DNA of 64,000 nucleotides, from NCBI GenBank assembly GCA_050330515.1, contig JBHJNU010000003.1, forward strand, positions 15,560-79,559, given 5' to 3'. Source of the stretch: Flavobacteriaceae bacterium. Lineage in GTDB: Bacteria > Bacteroidota > Bacteroidia > Flavobacteriales > Flavobacteriaceae. The position numbers and the translations under genes are program-made. The notes beneath the pieces are model-generated. The model made no database searches, had not been told where the DNA came from, and saw nothing but the letters and a program-made list of their open reading frames with translations. Of the stretch, positions 19,546-29,634 are shown piece after piece (the first letter of the stretch is position 1; every line of letters starts with the position of its first letter).

Positions 19546-19998
19546 ATGGCAACAGCAAAAAAAGCGGCTCCAAAAGCTGCGAGTAAAAAAACGGCCCCAA
19601 AGGCAGCAGCTAAGAAAGCAGCTCCTAAGGCGGCAAAGAAAGCGGCCCCTAAGGCAGCGGTAAAGAAAGCGGCTCCAAAGGCAGCGGCAAAGAAAGCGGC
19701 ACCTAAGGCGGCGGCAAAGAAAGCGGCACCTAAGGCAGCGGCAAAGAAAGCGGCACCTAAGGCAGCGGCTAAGAAGGCGGCACCTAAGGCAGCGGCTAAG
19801 AAGGCGGCACCTAAGGTAGCAGCTAAGAAAGCGGCCCCAAAGGCGGCGGCGAAGAAGGAAGCCCCAAAAGCTACGGCGAAGAAAGTAGCTCCTAAGGCGG
19901 CCCCAAAGGTAGTGGCTAAAAAAGCGGCTCCTAAGGCAGCGGTCAAAAAAGTGGCTCCAAAGGCAACGGCCAAAAAGGCTGCGGTCAAGAAGAAGTAA
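19546..19998 (+). CDS. Histone H1-like Lys/Ala/Pro-rich repeat protein
   Basis: About 16 copies of a 9-aa unit (AAAKKAAPK consensus); no globular domain; own terminator downstream. Confidence 0.85.
   Translation: MATAKKAAPKAASKKTAPKAAAKKAAPKAAKKAAPKAAVKKAAPKAAAKKAAPKAAAKKAAPKAAAKKAAPKAAAKKAAPKAAAKKAAPKVAAKKAAPKAAAKKEAPKATAKKVAPKAAPKVVAKKAAPKAAVKKVAPKATAKKAAVKKK
19549..19995 (+). repeat. Coding tandem repeat with a 27-bp unit
   Basis: Unit GCRGCDAAGAARGCGGCHCCWAAG-like, varying mainly at synonymous positions; five consecutive identical peptide units in the centre. Confidence 0.9.
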
Positions 19999-20043
19999 CT
20001 TACTATTGACCTATGAAATAGGTATTTGATTTAAAAAAAACAG

Positions 20044-20074
20044 ACCATCCAAGTTCTAAAGGATGGTTTTTTTT
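20044..20074 (+). terminator. Intrinsic terminator of the histone-like gene
   Basis: ACCATCC-N10-GGATGGT followed by a T-run. Confidence 0.8.
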
Positions 20075-20112
20075 GTCCGATTTTCAATCGTGTAGTGTTT
20101 ATATTGCGGGTA

Positions 20113-20233
20113 TATCTTTGAGGAATCTCCCACTAAAAAGAAGATTTTGAACAAGGAACATTTTTTCGAAGACCGGCTTTGCCGCCGCTGAAACTATGTA
20201 TTATTCAATGCCAGCGAAGGCTGGCCCTTTTTT
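20113..20233 (+). ncRNA. Candidate small RNA (about 110 nt) with its own promoter and terminator
   Basis: TATCTTTG at 20113-20; GCCAGC-GAAG-GCTGGC hairpin (20210-25) plus T6; bounded by the terminators of both neighbouring genes. Confidence 0.4.
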
Positions 20234-20286
20234 GTTGTGACAGGTAGAACGCCTTGTTCAAGCCAACAGAATCCTTACCGTAAAGA

Positions 20287-20320
20287 AAAACCCGTTTCCA
20301 GATTTTCGGAAACGGGTTTT
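20287..20320 (-). terminator. Intrinsic terminator of groESL
   Basis: Perfect 13-bp stem AAAACCCGTTTCC/GGAAACGGGTTTT, A-tract on the left. Confidence 0.85.
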
Positions 20321-20363
20321 AGCGAATTTAAATAGAGCTACCGATTGCCATCGGCACCTAGGA

Positions 20364-22022
<1,659 letters not shown>

Positions 22023-22111
22023 TTAATACCAAATTATGAAGCCCAAATTCCTATACGAACTGTTCGAATTTGGTACTTGGTATTCGGTAAGTAGAATTTA
22101 ATTTTTTTGAT

Positions 22112-22390
22112 TTAGATAATTGCTAAAATGTCACTTTCGCGCATCATTAGGTAATCGATACCCTCTAATTTTAGCTCGGTGCCGGCGTATTTCCCGTACA
22201 GAACGGTATTGCCCACTTTTACCGTGATTTTTTCATCCTTGGTACCTGGACCAACTGCGACGACTTTTCCTTTTTGTGGTTTTTCTTTTGCGGTGTCTGG
22301 AATGTATATGCCAGATGCGGTTTTAGTCTCAGCGGCCATAGGCTCAATAAGAACCCTATCTGCCAATGGTTTAATGCTAACTTTAGCCAT
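22112..22390 (-). CDS. groS: Co-chaperonin GroES
   Basis: [25 protein letters not shown] and RESDILA. Confidence 0.99.
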   Translation of the reverse strand: MAKVSIKPLADRVLIEPMAAETKTASGIYIPDTAKEKPQKGKVVAVGPGTKDEKITVKVGNTVLYGKYAGTELKLEGIDYLMMRESDILAII

Positions 22391-22435
22391 AGTATTCAGT
22401 TTTAAATTGATTTATTGTTAATGAATCTTTATATG

Positions 22436-22450
22436 GCAGAAACTATGCCA
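22436..22450 (-). promoter_or_regulatory. Sigma-54 (-24/-12) promoter candidate upstream of groES
   Basis: The minus strand reads TGGCATAGTTTCTGC, with GG and GC at the exact TGGCACGNNNNTTGC spacing. Confidence 0.6.
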
Positions 22451-22462
22451 CTACGCAGAAAC

Positions 22463-22475
22463 TGACATTTTGTTA
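22463..22475. promoter_or_regulatory. TGACA-N3-TGTCA-like palindrome next to the groES promoter
   Basis: TGACATTTTGTTA, one mismatch from a perfect palindrome; a second copy is at 27270. Confidence 0.4.
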
Positions 22476-22477
22476 AA

Positions 22478-22510
22478 CAAAAAATGCCAGCTTGTCATTC
22501 AGGCTGGCAT
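22478..22510 (-). terminator. Intrinsic terminator after secG
   Basis: ATGCCAGC...GCTGGCAT stem with an A-tract on the left (U-tract on the minus strand). Confidence 0.7.
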
Positions 22511-22531
22511 CTTAATTTAAGGAAACTATTT

Positions 22532-22897
22532 TTATATACTATCCGATGGCGTTACTTCACCCGATGGCGTGTCTGTTGATGGGGCAACTTCGGGTACAAC
22601 GGCGGGTATTTCGGTATTGATTTCATCACCGTTCAATAATTTTGATTCTTCAGTGCCGAAAGCACCTTTGAGCGCCACGTTAGAAGCTAAAATAAGAACC
22701 ACTACGATGATCCCAAGTGTCCAGGTGCTTTTATCCAAGAAGTCCCCGGTTTTTTTTACACCACCAACAACTTGATTGCCGGCGCCACCGAACGAGGATG
22801 ATAATCCACCCCCTTTTGGGTTTTGAACCATGATGACAAGCATCAATAAAAAGCAAACTATAACGATCAAAACCAGAAATATTGTAAACTCATTCAT
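22532..22897 (-). CDS. secG: Preprotein translocase subunit SecG
   Basis: Two TM helices and VQNPKGGGLSSSFGG...LDKSTW. Confidence 0.95.
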   Translation of the reverse strand: MNEFTIFLVLIVIVCFLLMLVIMVQNPKGGGLSSSFGGAGNQVVGGVKKTGDFLDKSTWTLGIIVVVLILASNVALKGAFGTEESKLLNGDEINTEIPAVVPEVAPSTDTPSGEVTPSDSI

Positions 22898-22903
22898 CGG
22901 TCT

Positions 22904-23812
22904 CTAACTATTTTCTTGTTGAATTTTTTCTACCATTTTTATTCGGTCTGCAAAGAAACCACTTTTTTCCGGATATTTCAAACTTAAAATTTTGTAGGCT
23001 TGCACCGCTTTTTTATACTTTTTTTGCTCTAAATAAACCTTTGCCAGCGTCTCGGTCATCAGTTCGTTTTTATCAAAGGTCTCGTGGGCTATTACGTCTA
23101 TTTTGACCGCGGGTTTATCGGCTGGACCTATTTTTGGATTCTCGGAGATGAACTTATCGATAAGGTCGAACTTTCTCTTTTTCAGAACCGCCTCCTCTAA
23201 ATCAAAATTATCAAACTCTTTTTCGGGTACGGTAACCTTATCAGTATCTCTATCGATTCTTGTTTGGGAAGTCAGTTGCAACCATTCGCTAAATGAATAT
23301 TTTTCTTGCTTTGTAAAGGATAGCGGTTGACCTATGTCTAATGCTGTTCTTTCGTTTTCAATTTTTTCGGATGCACTTGAATCTTTCGATATAAAAAGCG
23401 CTGGATCAAGAATGTTGTTCGCATCGGCAACCGTTTGCGGTAGCGGCCCGTCAACGGATCCTTCGACAAGCAACTTATCGGTCGATTTTGTTGCAATCGC
23501 TTCAGTGGTGTTTTGGGTTTTCGGTAAAGAGGCAGATTTACCTGCTATGGAATCTGCTATGGTATGTTGTAAAAAGTCTTTAGAGGTAATGAAATCAAAA
23601 AGTACATCGCGATCGGTGGTATGGGCGGCCGTAACCTTGAGCGCATCGTTGTATTTGAAGCTGTTCAGCCTTTTAAGTCCCTTTAAGTGAACTGCCCTGG
23701 CGGCCTGAAAATATGGATATTCCGACAATACTTCTTCAAGCTGTTTCGTCTGCGATGCCGAGACCAACTTGTCAGGGTGTTGAAGTAGGTATGTAAAATC
23801 CTTTACGTTCAT
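22904..23812 (-). CDS. Conserved hypothetical protein with a C-terminal TPR-like helix pair
   Basis: YPYFQ at the N-terminus and TETLAKVYLEQKKYKKAVQAYKILSLKYPEKS at the C-terminus. Probable start 23812 (track start 23836). Confidence 0.8.
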   Translation of the reverse strand: MNVKDFTYLLQHPDKLVSASQTKQLEEVLSEYPYFQAARAVHLKGLKRLNSFKYNDALKVTAAHTTDRDVLFDFITSKDFLQHTIADSIAGKSASLPKTQNTTEAIATKSTDKLLVEGSVDGPLPQTVADANNILDPALFISKDSSASEKIENERTALDIGQPLSFTKQEKYSFSEWLQLTSQTRIDRDTDKVTVPEKEFDNFDLEEAVLKKRKFDLIDKFISENPKIGPADKPAVKIDVIAHETFDKNELMTETLAKVYLEQKKYKKAVQAYKILSLKYPEKSGFFADRIKMVEKIQQENS

Positions 23813-23898
23813 TTCTTTGATAAGGGTGCCATGCACCTTATTATTTGTACATTACAAGTTGAACTTCGCAGCACGCACTTCCAGTTCCACCCCTATTT

Positions 23899-24429
23899 TT
23901 ACCAATCGGCCAGCGACTCGTTAAAAATATCTTGGGTTAAACGTTCAAAAATAACTTCATGCGCTTGGCTTTTAATGGCCGATAACTGCGCATTTGCATC
24001 ATAATCGAAAAAGAACGAGAAGCGCTGGTCGAAATCTTTAGATCCATCTTCAACGGTGTTGTTATAAAACCGCACCTTTACCGCTATGGAAAGTCTATTC
24101 TGGGCTGCCGTTGATTGGGCCGTGGCACTCATGGGCGAAACACGGTATTCTACAATTTCGCCTTCGTATATAAGATCGGCGCCAGATCCAATAAGATCCA
24201 AACTGGTTTGATTCAAGATCCGATCTTGAAGGGCTAGCGTAAAATCACGATCCATACCCGGTTCGAACGTAGATCCCGGATTTTGGGGGGCATAGTTCTG
24301 AAAATAATTCACTTGAAAAGTTTGGGCCGTACCTACATTACCACCTGTAAAATTATAAATGCCACAGCCTTGCAGGGTTAGTGCTACCAAAATTAGAACG
24401 CCGCAAAAGGGATACTGTTTAAATTTCAT
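23899..24429 (-). CDS. lptE: LptE family LPS-assembly lipoprotein
   Basis: Lipobox LQGC, GIYNFTG, and a C-terminal QDIFNESLADW typical of Bacteroidota LptE. Probable start 24429. Confidence 0.8.
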   Translation of the reverse strand: MKFKQYPFCGVLILVALTLQGCGIYNFTGGNVGTAQTFQVNYFQNYAPQNPGSTFEPGMDRDFTLALQDRILNQTSLDLIGSGADLIYEGEIVEYRVSPMSATAQSTAAQNRLSIAVKVRFYNNTVEDGSKDFDQRFSFFFDYDANAQLSAIKSQAHEVIFERLTQDIFNESLADW

Positions 24430-24451
24430 TTCTTTTTTTGTTTTCAAGAGG

Positions 24452-25720
24452 CTATAGATCGTACTGTTTTATCTTTCTGTACAAGGTGCGTTCTGAAATA
24501 CCCAGTTCAGAAGCGGCTGCCTTGCGTTTTCCGCGATTTCGGTCAAGCGATTTTTTGATCAGTTCGATTTCCTTCTCGTGTAAAGATAGGGTTTCTTCCA
24601 CATCAATTTCCTCGGCGAAGTGGTACTTATCTTCTTGAACTGACCTATGCACAGCATGTTCCATTTGCTTTTCAGGTAATTGTAACATCTCCATCGGGTC
24701 GTCGTCCTCATCATCAATATTTTGGGCATTTTGCCCGTAAATTTTTCTGATCAGCTTTTCGTTTTCCTCTTGAACCTTCTCGGTGTCGTTGTTTTTTAAT
24801 AGTTCCAGGGTAAGTTTCTTCAAGTCGTTTAAATCGCCCTTCATATCAAAAAGAACTTTATAGAGAATTTCGCGTTCTGTACTAAAGTCGCTTTCTTTTT
24901 TATCCTTTCCCACTATTGCGGGCAGGTTGGTACTACTGGCACTGGGTAGGTAACCGTTCAGGGTTGCCGCTGAAATAGTTCTACTTTCCTCAAGCACCGA
25001 AACTTGCTCGGCAATATTGCGCAGTTGCCTGATATTACCGGGCCAACGATATTTGATCAAAAGTTGGGCGGCTTCATCGGTCAGGCGAATGGTGGGCATT
25101 TTATATTTCTGGCCAAAATCTGAGGCGAATTTTCGAAATAACAAATGAATATCCTCTTGTCTCTCACGAAGGGGGGGAATGTTGATTTCAACGGTACTCA
25201 ACCTATAATAAAGGTCTTCACGGAATTTCTCTTTTTTTATCGCCTCGAACATTTGAATATTCGTCGCGGCGACTATACGCACATCGGTTTTTTGTACTTG
25301 TGAAGAACCTACTTTTAAAAACTCCCCATTCTCTAAAACCCTGAGCAAGCGCACCTGGGTGGTCAAGGGTAGTTCGCCGACCTCGTCTAAAAATATAGTA
25401 CCACCATCGGCAACTTCGAAGTAACCGCTCCGGGTGGCGGTAGCCCCTGTAAATGCGCCTTTTTCGTGCCCGAAAAGTTCACTATCTATAGTGCCTTCGG
25501 GTATGGCGCCACAGTTGACCGCAATATACTTTGCATGTTTTCTATGCGAAAGGGCATGTATGATTTTTGGTAACGATTCTTTACCTACACCACTTTCACC
25601 AGTTACCAAGACCGAAATATCGGTCGGTGCAACCTGAATGGCCTTTTCAATGGCACGGTTAAGTTTGACATCGTTGCCGATAATCTCAAAACGTTGTTTT
25701 ATTGATTGTATACTTTCCAT
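24452..25720 (-). CDS. Sigma-54 enhancer-binding protein with no N-terminal sensory domain (AAA+ plus Fis HTH)
   Basis: GESGVGKE (Walker A), GAFTGA loop, FLDEVGE (Walker B), FREDLYYRL, WPGNIRQL, GISERTLYRK. Confidence 0.95.
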   Translation of the reverse strand: MESIQSIKQRFEIIGNDVKLNRAIEKAIQVAPTDISVLVTGESGVGKESLPKIIHALSHRKHAKYIAVNCGAIPEGTIDSELFGHEKGAFTGATATRSGYFEVADGGTIFLDEVGELPLTTQVRLLRVLENGEFLKVGSSQVQKTDVRIVAATNIQMFEAIKKEKFREDLYYRLSTVEINIPPLRERQEDIHLLFRKFASDFGQKYKMPTIRLTDEAAQLLIKYRWPGNIRQLRNIAEQVSVLEESRTISAATLNGYLPSASSTNLPAIVGKDKKESDFSTEREILYKVLFDMKGDLNDLKKLTLELLKNNDTEKVQEENEKLIRKIYGQNAQNIDDEDDDPMEMLQLPEKQMEHAVHRSVQEDKYHFAEEIDVEETLSLHEKEIELIKKSLDRNRGKRKAAASELGISERTLYRKIKQYDL

Positions 25721-25756
25721 GTATAATATTCTTGCATTCGCAGGAAGCTGTTTTTC

Positions 25757-27205
25757 TTAACTGTTATTTTTGCCGTAACCTATTGCTTGCCCTATAAGTG
25801 TGGCCGAAGTACAATCATTGATCTGTACTGAAACGAAATCGCCCACCTGATAGTGCTCTTTTGGAAATACTGCTACGGTATTCTGGGAATTTCGCCCCAT
25901 CCAATGGGCATCTGATTTTTTTGAGGGGCCTTCAACGAGTATTTCCTGTATTTTTCCCAAATGTTGTTTGGTTCTGAATTCACAATGTTCTCTTTGCAGT
26001 GCGATAATTTCTGAAAGTCTCCGTTGTTTTATTTCCGCCGGCACATCATCTTCCATTTTTCGGGCAGCCATAGTTCCGGGTCTTTCGGAGTACAGATACA
26101 TATATCCGAAATCATATTTGATGCGTTCCAAGGCCTTAAGGGTATCCTTATGGTCTTGTTCAGTTTCAGAAGGGAAGCCTGAAATCATATCTTGAGAAAT
26201 GGCACAATCAGGAAGTATTCTTCGAATAGTATCGATAAGTTCAAAGTATTCTTCAATGGTATGCAAGCGGTTCATTTTCTTTAAAATTCGATTGCTTCCA
26301 CTTTGCAGCGGGAGATGAATGTGCTCACAGATATTATCATATTTTGCCATGGTCTCGATAACACCCAATGTCATATCTTGTGGGTTCGAGGTCGAAAAAC
26401 GGATGCGCATTTTAGGTTGCGCCAAGGCGACCGTTTCAAGAAGGTCCGAAAAATCGACCGCGGTTGCCTTTTGCATTTCCGAAGCTCTTTCGAAATCTTT
26501 TTTCAATCCGCCACCAAACCATAGATAGCTATCAACATTTTGACCAAGAAGGGTGATTTCTTTGTATCCTTTAGTACTTAAATCGTTAACCTCGTCTACA
26601 ATAGACTGCGGATCACGGCTCCGTTCGCGACCCCTTGTGAACGGTACAACACAAAAGGTGCACATATTATCGCAGCCGCGGGTGATCGATACAAAGGCGC
26701 TTACTCCATTGGTCTGTAAACGAACCGGTGCGATATCGCCATAGGTCTCGTCTTTACTCAAGACCACGTTCACGGCATCACGGCCCGCGTCAACTTCTTG
26801 AATCAGGTTGGGTAGGTCTTTGTAGGCATCAGGGCCTACGACCATATCCACTATTTTTTCCTCGTCGAGCAGTTGATGCTTTAGTCTTTCGGCCATGCAC
26901 CCTAGTACGCCAACCTTCATGTGGGGGCGACGTTTTTTAACGGCGTTGAATTTCTCCAGCCGCTTTCGAACGGTCAACTCGGCCTTCTCTCTAATGGAAC
27001 AGGTATTGACCAGTACCAGATCGGCATCTTCGAGATTCTGTGTGGTATTGAAACCCTCGTTCGCTAAAATGGAGGCCACTATTTCACTATCTGAAAAATT
27101 CATGGCGCACCCATAACTTTCAATGTAAAGTTTACGAGTGTTACCGACACTTTTTTCAAGTGTTAGCGAGGTGCCCTGAACAAGTTCGTTAATGGTCTTC
27201 TCCAT
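25757..27205 (-). CDS. miaB: tRNA-2-methylthio-N6-dimethylallyladenosine synthase
   Basis: SYGCAMN, NTCSIRE, GCMAE, radical-SAM CDNMCTFC and a C-terminal TRAM domain. Confidence 0.97.
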   Translation of the reverse strand: MEKTINELVQGTSLTLEKSVGNTRKLYIESYGCAMNFSDSEIVASILANEGFNTTQNLEDADLVLVNTCSIREKAELTVRKRLEKFNAVKKRRPHMKVGVLGCMAERLKHQLLDEEKIVDMVVGPDAYKDLPNLIQEVDAGRDAVNVVLSKDETYGDIAPVRLQTNGVSAFVSITRGCDNMCTFCVVPFTRGRERSRDPQSIVDEVNDLSTKGYKEITLLGQNVDSYLWFGGGLKKDFERASEMQKATAVDFSDLLETVALAQPKMRIRFSTSNPQDMTLGVIETMAKYDNICEHIHLPLQSGSNRILKKMNRLHTIEEYFELIDTIRRILPDCAISQDMISGFPSETEQDHKDTLKALERIKYDFGYMYLYSERPGTMAARKMEDDVPAEIKQRRLSEIIALQREHCEFRTKQHLGKIQEILVEGPSKKSDAHWMGRNSQNTVAVFPKEHYQVGDFVSVQINDCTSATLIGQAIGYGKNNS

Positions 27206-27243
27206 TTTTGTTGTAATTTTGGATACGGGGTTTTATGGGGCAA

Positions 27244-27251
27244 CAAAGATA
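27244..27251 (-). promoter_or_regulatory. -7 promoter element (TATCTTTG) of the miaB-EBP-lptE-secG operon
   Basis: Consensus match about 40 nt upstream of the miaB ATG. Confidence 0.6.
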
Positions 27252-27269
27252 GTACTAATTACAAAAAAG

Positions 27270-27282
27270 TGACAAATTGACA
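27270..27282. promoter_or_regulatory. TGACA-N3-TGTCA-like site over the -33 region of the miaB promoter
   Basis: TGACAAATTGACA, one mismatch from the palindrome. Confidence 0.35.
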
Positions 27283-27334
27283 GTTAAATGTTTGTCAAAA
27301 AAATCACAGGATCAAGGGTGAAATGAAATGACAT

Positions 27335-28075
27335 ATGCTTAAAACAATACTGAAAAAAATCATCCCTTCTGGCCTGTGGTCCATTTACGAGAAGCGGAAA
27401 ATAAGAAGACGGGCCCTAAACGATAGTAAGTACACAGACCATTCGGTGAAAGAGGTCATGTCTCTTATTTATAAAGACAACCTGTGGGGCGGTAAGGAGC
27501 ATGATTTTTATTCAGGGGTCGGATCCCACACTACAAAAATAGTGGAGCCCTATGTGCAGCGAGTTGCCGCATGGTTAGATTCTCATGAAAACAAATTGGT
27601 GGTCTGCGATCTTGGTTGTGGCGACTTTAATGTAGGTAGCCAATTAGTGGAACATACCGCTGCCTATATTGGGGCAGATATCGTAGATGAGCTCGTAAAA
27701 AGAAACAGAAGTCTGTTCAAGAAAGACAATTTGGAGTTTACCTGTGTCGACATTGTGAACGATGACCTGCCAATGGCCGACTGTGCATTGGTAAGGCAGG
27801 TATTGCAGCATCTTTCAAACGCGGAAATCGGCAAGGCTTTGGTCAAATTGAAAAAGTACAAATACCTTATCGTTACCGAGCATGTGCCCTATGGCAAGTT
27901 CACCCCGAACGTTGATAAATCGTCGAGTCCCGATACCCGTGTTTATAAAAAAAGCGGCATTGTTCTCACCGAAGATCCATTTAACCTGAGGCCCCTTGTG
28001 GAGAAGGAAATGCTCAGGGTCGATTTCAAGAAGAAGCAAAGCGAGATCGTCACCACCTTATATCAACTTTTTTAG
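27335..28075 (+). CDS. Class I SAM-dependent methyltransferase
   Basis: VCDLGCGDF (motif I), GADIV, VDIV and RQVLQHL. Confidence 0.9.
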   Translation: MLKTILKKIIPSGLWSIYEKRKIRRRALNDSKYTDHSVKEVMSLIYKDNLWGGKEHDFYSGVGSHTTKIVEPYVQRVAAWLDSHENKLVVCDLGCGDFNVGSQLVEHTAAYIGADIVDELVKRNRSLFKKDNLEFTCVDIVNDDLPMADCALVRQVLQHLSNAEIGKALVKLKKYKYLIVTEHVPYGKFTPNVDKSSSPDTRVYKKSGIVLTEDPFNLRPLVEKEMLRVDFKKKQSEIVTTLYQLF

Positions 28076-28221
28076 GAAGCTTGGCTACCCTTTCCAAGTG
28101 GTGCTGCACACTGATTCTCGGGCATTTTTTGTTTAAAATGCCGCAAAGATATTCGTATCCGCCTCTAAACAGGTTATTTCGTAAATTCCCAGACAGTTCA
28201 TAAGAACTTTCCGCTTTTGAC

Positions 28222-28246
28222 GCAACCTATTTGTGATTACGACATC
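28222..28246 (+). promoter_or_regulatory. ECF-sigma-type promoter candidate for the LVIVD lipoprotein
   Basis: GCAAC-N16-CATC, about 30 nt upstream of the ATG at 28276. Confidence 0.35.
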
Positions 28247-28275
28247 TTGCTACTAAACCGATAAATAGTGAAGAA

Positions 28276-29574
28276 ATGAAAAATACTCTTTTGGTACTAC
28301 TTTTTGTGGCCAGCCTCGCTTTTTTGTCCTGTGAAGACAAAGACGATTCCGAATACGTCAGCTACCTGGTGGCCACCCCTATCAAGGCAGATTTGTTGAC
28401 ATTTAAGACCGAAGCTGTTGACGTGACCGAACCAGTTCCTATGGTGGAGTCGGGCAAGATTTATGCTTATAAAAATTATGTTTTCGTCAACGATGTTGGC
28501 AGAGGTTTTCATGTGCTAGATAATACGGATCCCTCCAATCCGAAGAGCATTTCATTTATTCAGCTAGAGGGCAATTTTGATATCTCGATAAAAGACGACC
28601 GGTTGTTCGCCGATAGTTACGGGGATCTTGTTATACTAGATATTTCAGATATCAATAATATAGGAGACGCCAAAAGGATTGAAAATGCAATCTACCAAGA
28701 ATTTTGGTGTACCGTTGGGTGGGATGTGGCATGGCCAGAGGCTGATTTTTATGATTATAGTGGTTTCGATGCCAGTAAGGAGGCTATTGTCGGGTGGGAG
28801 GTAAGCACAGAGCGCCTAACAAAGAACGAGTTTGAAACTAGGGCAGGGTATTATAATTTGGCCTTGAGTGACGCTTCATTTTCCGTAGGGGCTGAAGCCA
28901 GCGCGGCACCATCAACATCTACAACTGGCCAAGGTGGTTCGTTCGCGCGGTTTAAAATAGTCGGTGACTATTTGTACGCCATTGAATGGGCCAGCATCAA
29001 TGTCTTCGATATTAGTAACCTTGATGACCCTAAAGTATTGGAGGAAGTATATACCAATGGTGTGATCGAAACCATTTACAATCAAGGCGATATTCTTTTT
29101 CTTGGTGGCACACAAGGCATGTATATTTATGATATCACCACGCCCGATAAACCAACTTATGTCTCTGAATTTGTTCATGGTAGGGCCTGTGACCCGGTTG
29201 TTGTTGATGGCGACTATGCGTTCGTGACCCTAAGAAGCGGTAATACGTGTGGTGATACCGAAAGCGGATTGTACATCGTAGACGTTGCTGACCTCACCAA
29301 CCCAACACTTAAAAAGTTTTACGAGATGGATGATCCATATGGGCTGGGTATCAAACAAGAAAAATTGTTCATCTGTGACGGCGCTTCGGGCCTCAAGGTA
29401 TTTGATAAGAGCGATATAAATAATCTACAGTTGCTCAACCATTTTAAAGACATTGTCACCTACGATGTTATTCCTTTACAGAATTCGTTATTAATGATAG
29501 GTAATAAAGTGTTGTACCAATACGAATATCTAGATAACGAAATTCGATTGTTGAGTACTTTCGCTTTGAACTAG
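28276..29574 (+). CDS. LVIVD-repeat lipoprotein (beta-propeller)
   Basis: Lipobox FLSC; repeats FHVLDNTDPSNP, LVILDISD, INVFDISNLDDP, MYIYDITTPDKP and LYIVDVADLTNP. Confidence 0.88.
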   Translation: MKNTLLVLLFVASLAFLSCEDKDDSEYVSYLVATPIKADLLTFKTEAVDVTEPVPMVESGKIYAYKNYVFVNDVGRGFHVLDNTDPSNPKSISFIQLEGNFDISIKDDRLFADSYGDLVILDISDINNIGDAKRIENAIYQEFWCTVGWDVAWPEADFYDYSGFDASKEAIVGWEVSTERLTKNEFETRAGYYNLALSDASFSVGAEASAAPSTSTTGQGGSFARFKIVGDYLYAIEWASINVFDISNLDDPKVLEEVYTNGVIETIYNQGDILFLGGTQGMYIYDITTPDKPTYVSEFVHGRACDPVVVDGDYAFVTLRSGNTCGDTESGLYIVDVADLTNPTLKKFYEMDDPYGLGIKQEKLFICDGASGLKVFDKSDINNLQLLNHFKDIVTYDVIPLQNSLLMIGNKVLYQYEYLDNEIRLLSTFALN

Positions 29575-29579
29575 GTATG

Positions 29580-29610
29580 CGAACGCCCGGTATTTCTGGC
29601 CGGGCGTTCG
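29580..29610. terminator. GC-rich hairpin between convergent genes
   Basis: Perfect 11-bp stem CGAACGCCCGG/CCGGGCGTTCG; no clear U-tract on either side. Confidence 0.55.
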
Positions 29611-29634
29611 ATTACTTGTCTTCTCGGTAAAATT

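Noticed and set aside
19506-19988. 160-aa antisense ORF (AAFLAAALG repeats)
   Set aside because: Mirror of the histone-like repeat; the plus strand has an A-rich leader and a terminator.
19549-19995. 27-bp periodic repeat as a CRISPR array
   Set aside because: No unique spacers, in-frame coding with synonymous variation, and no cas genes.
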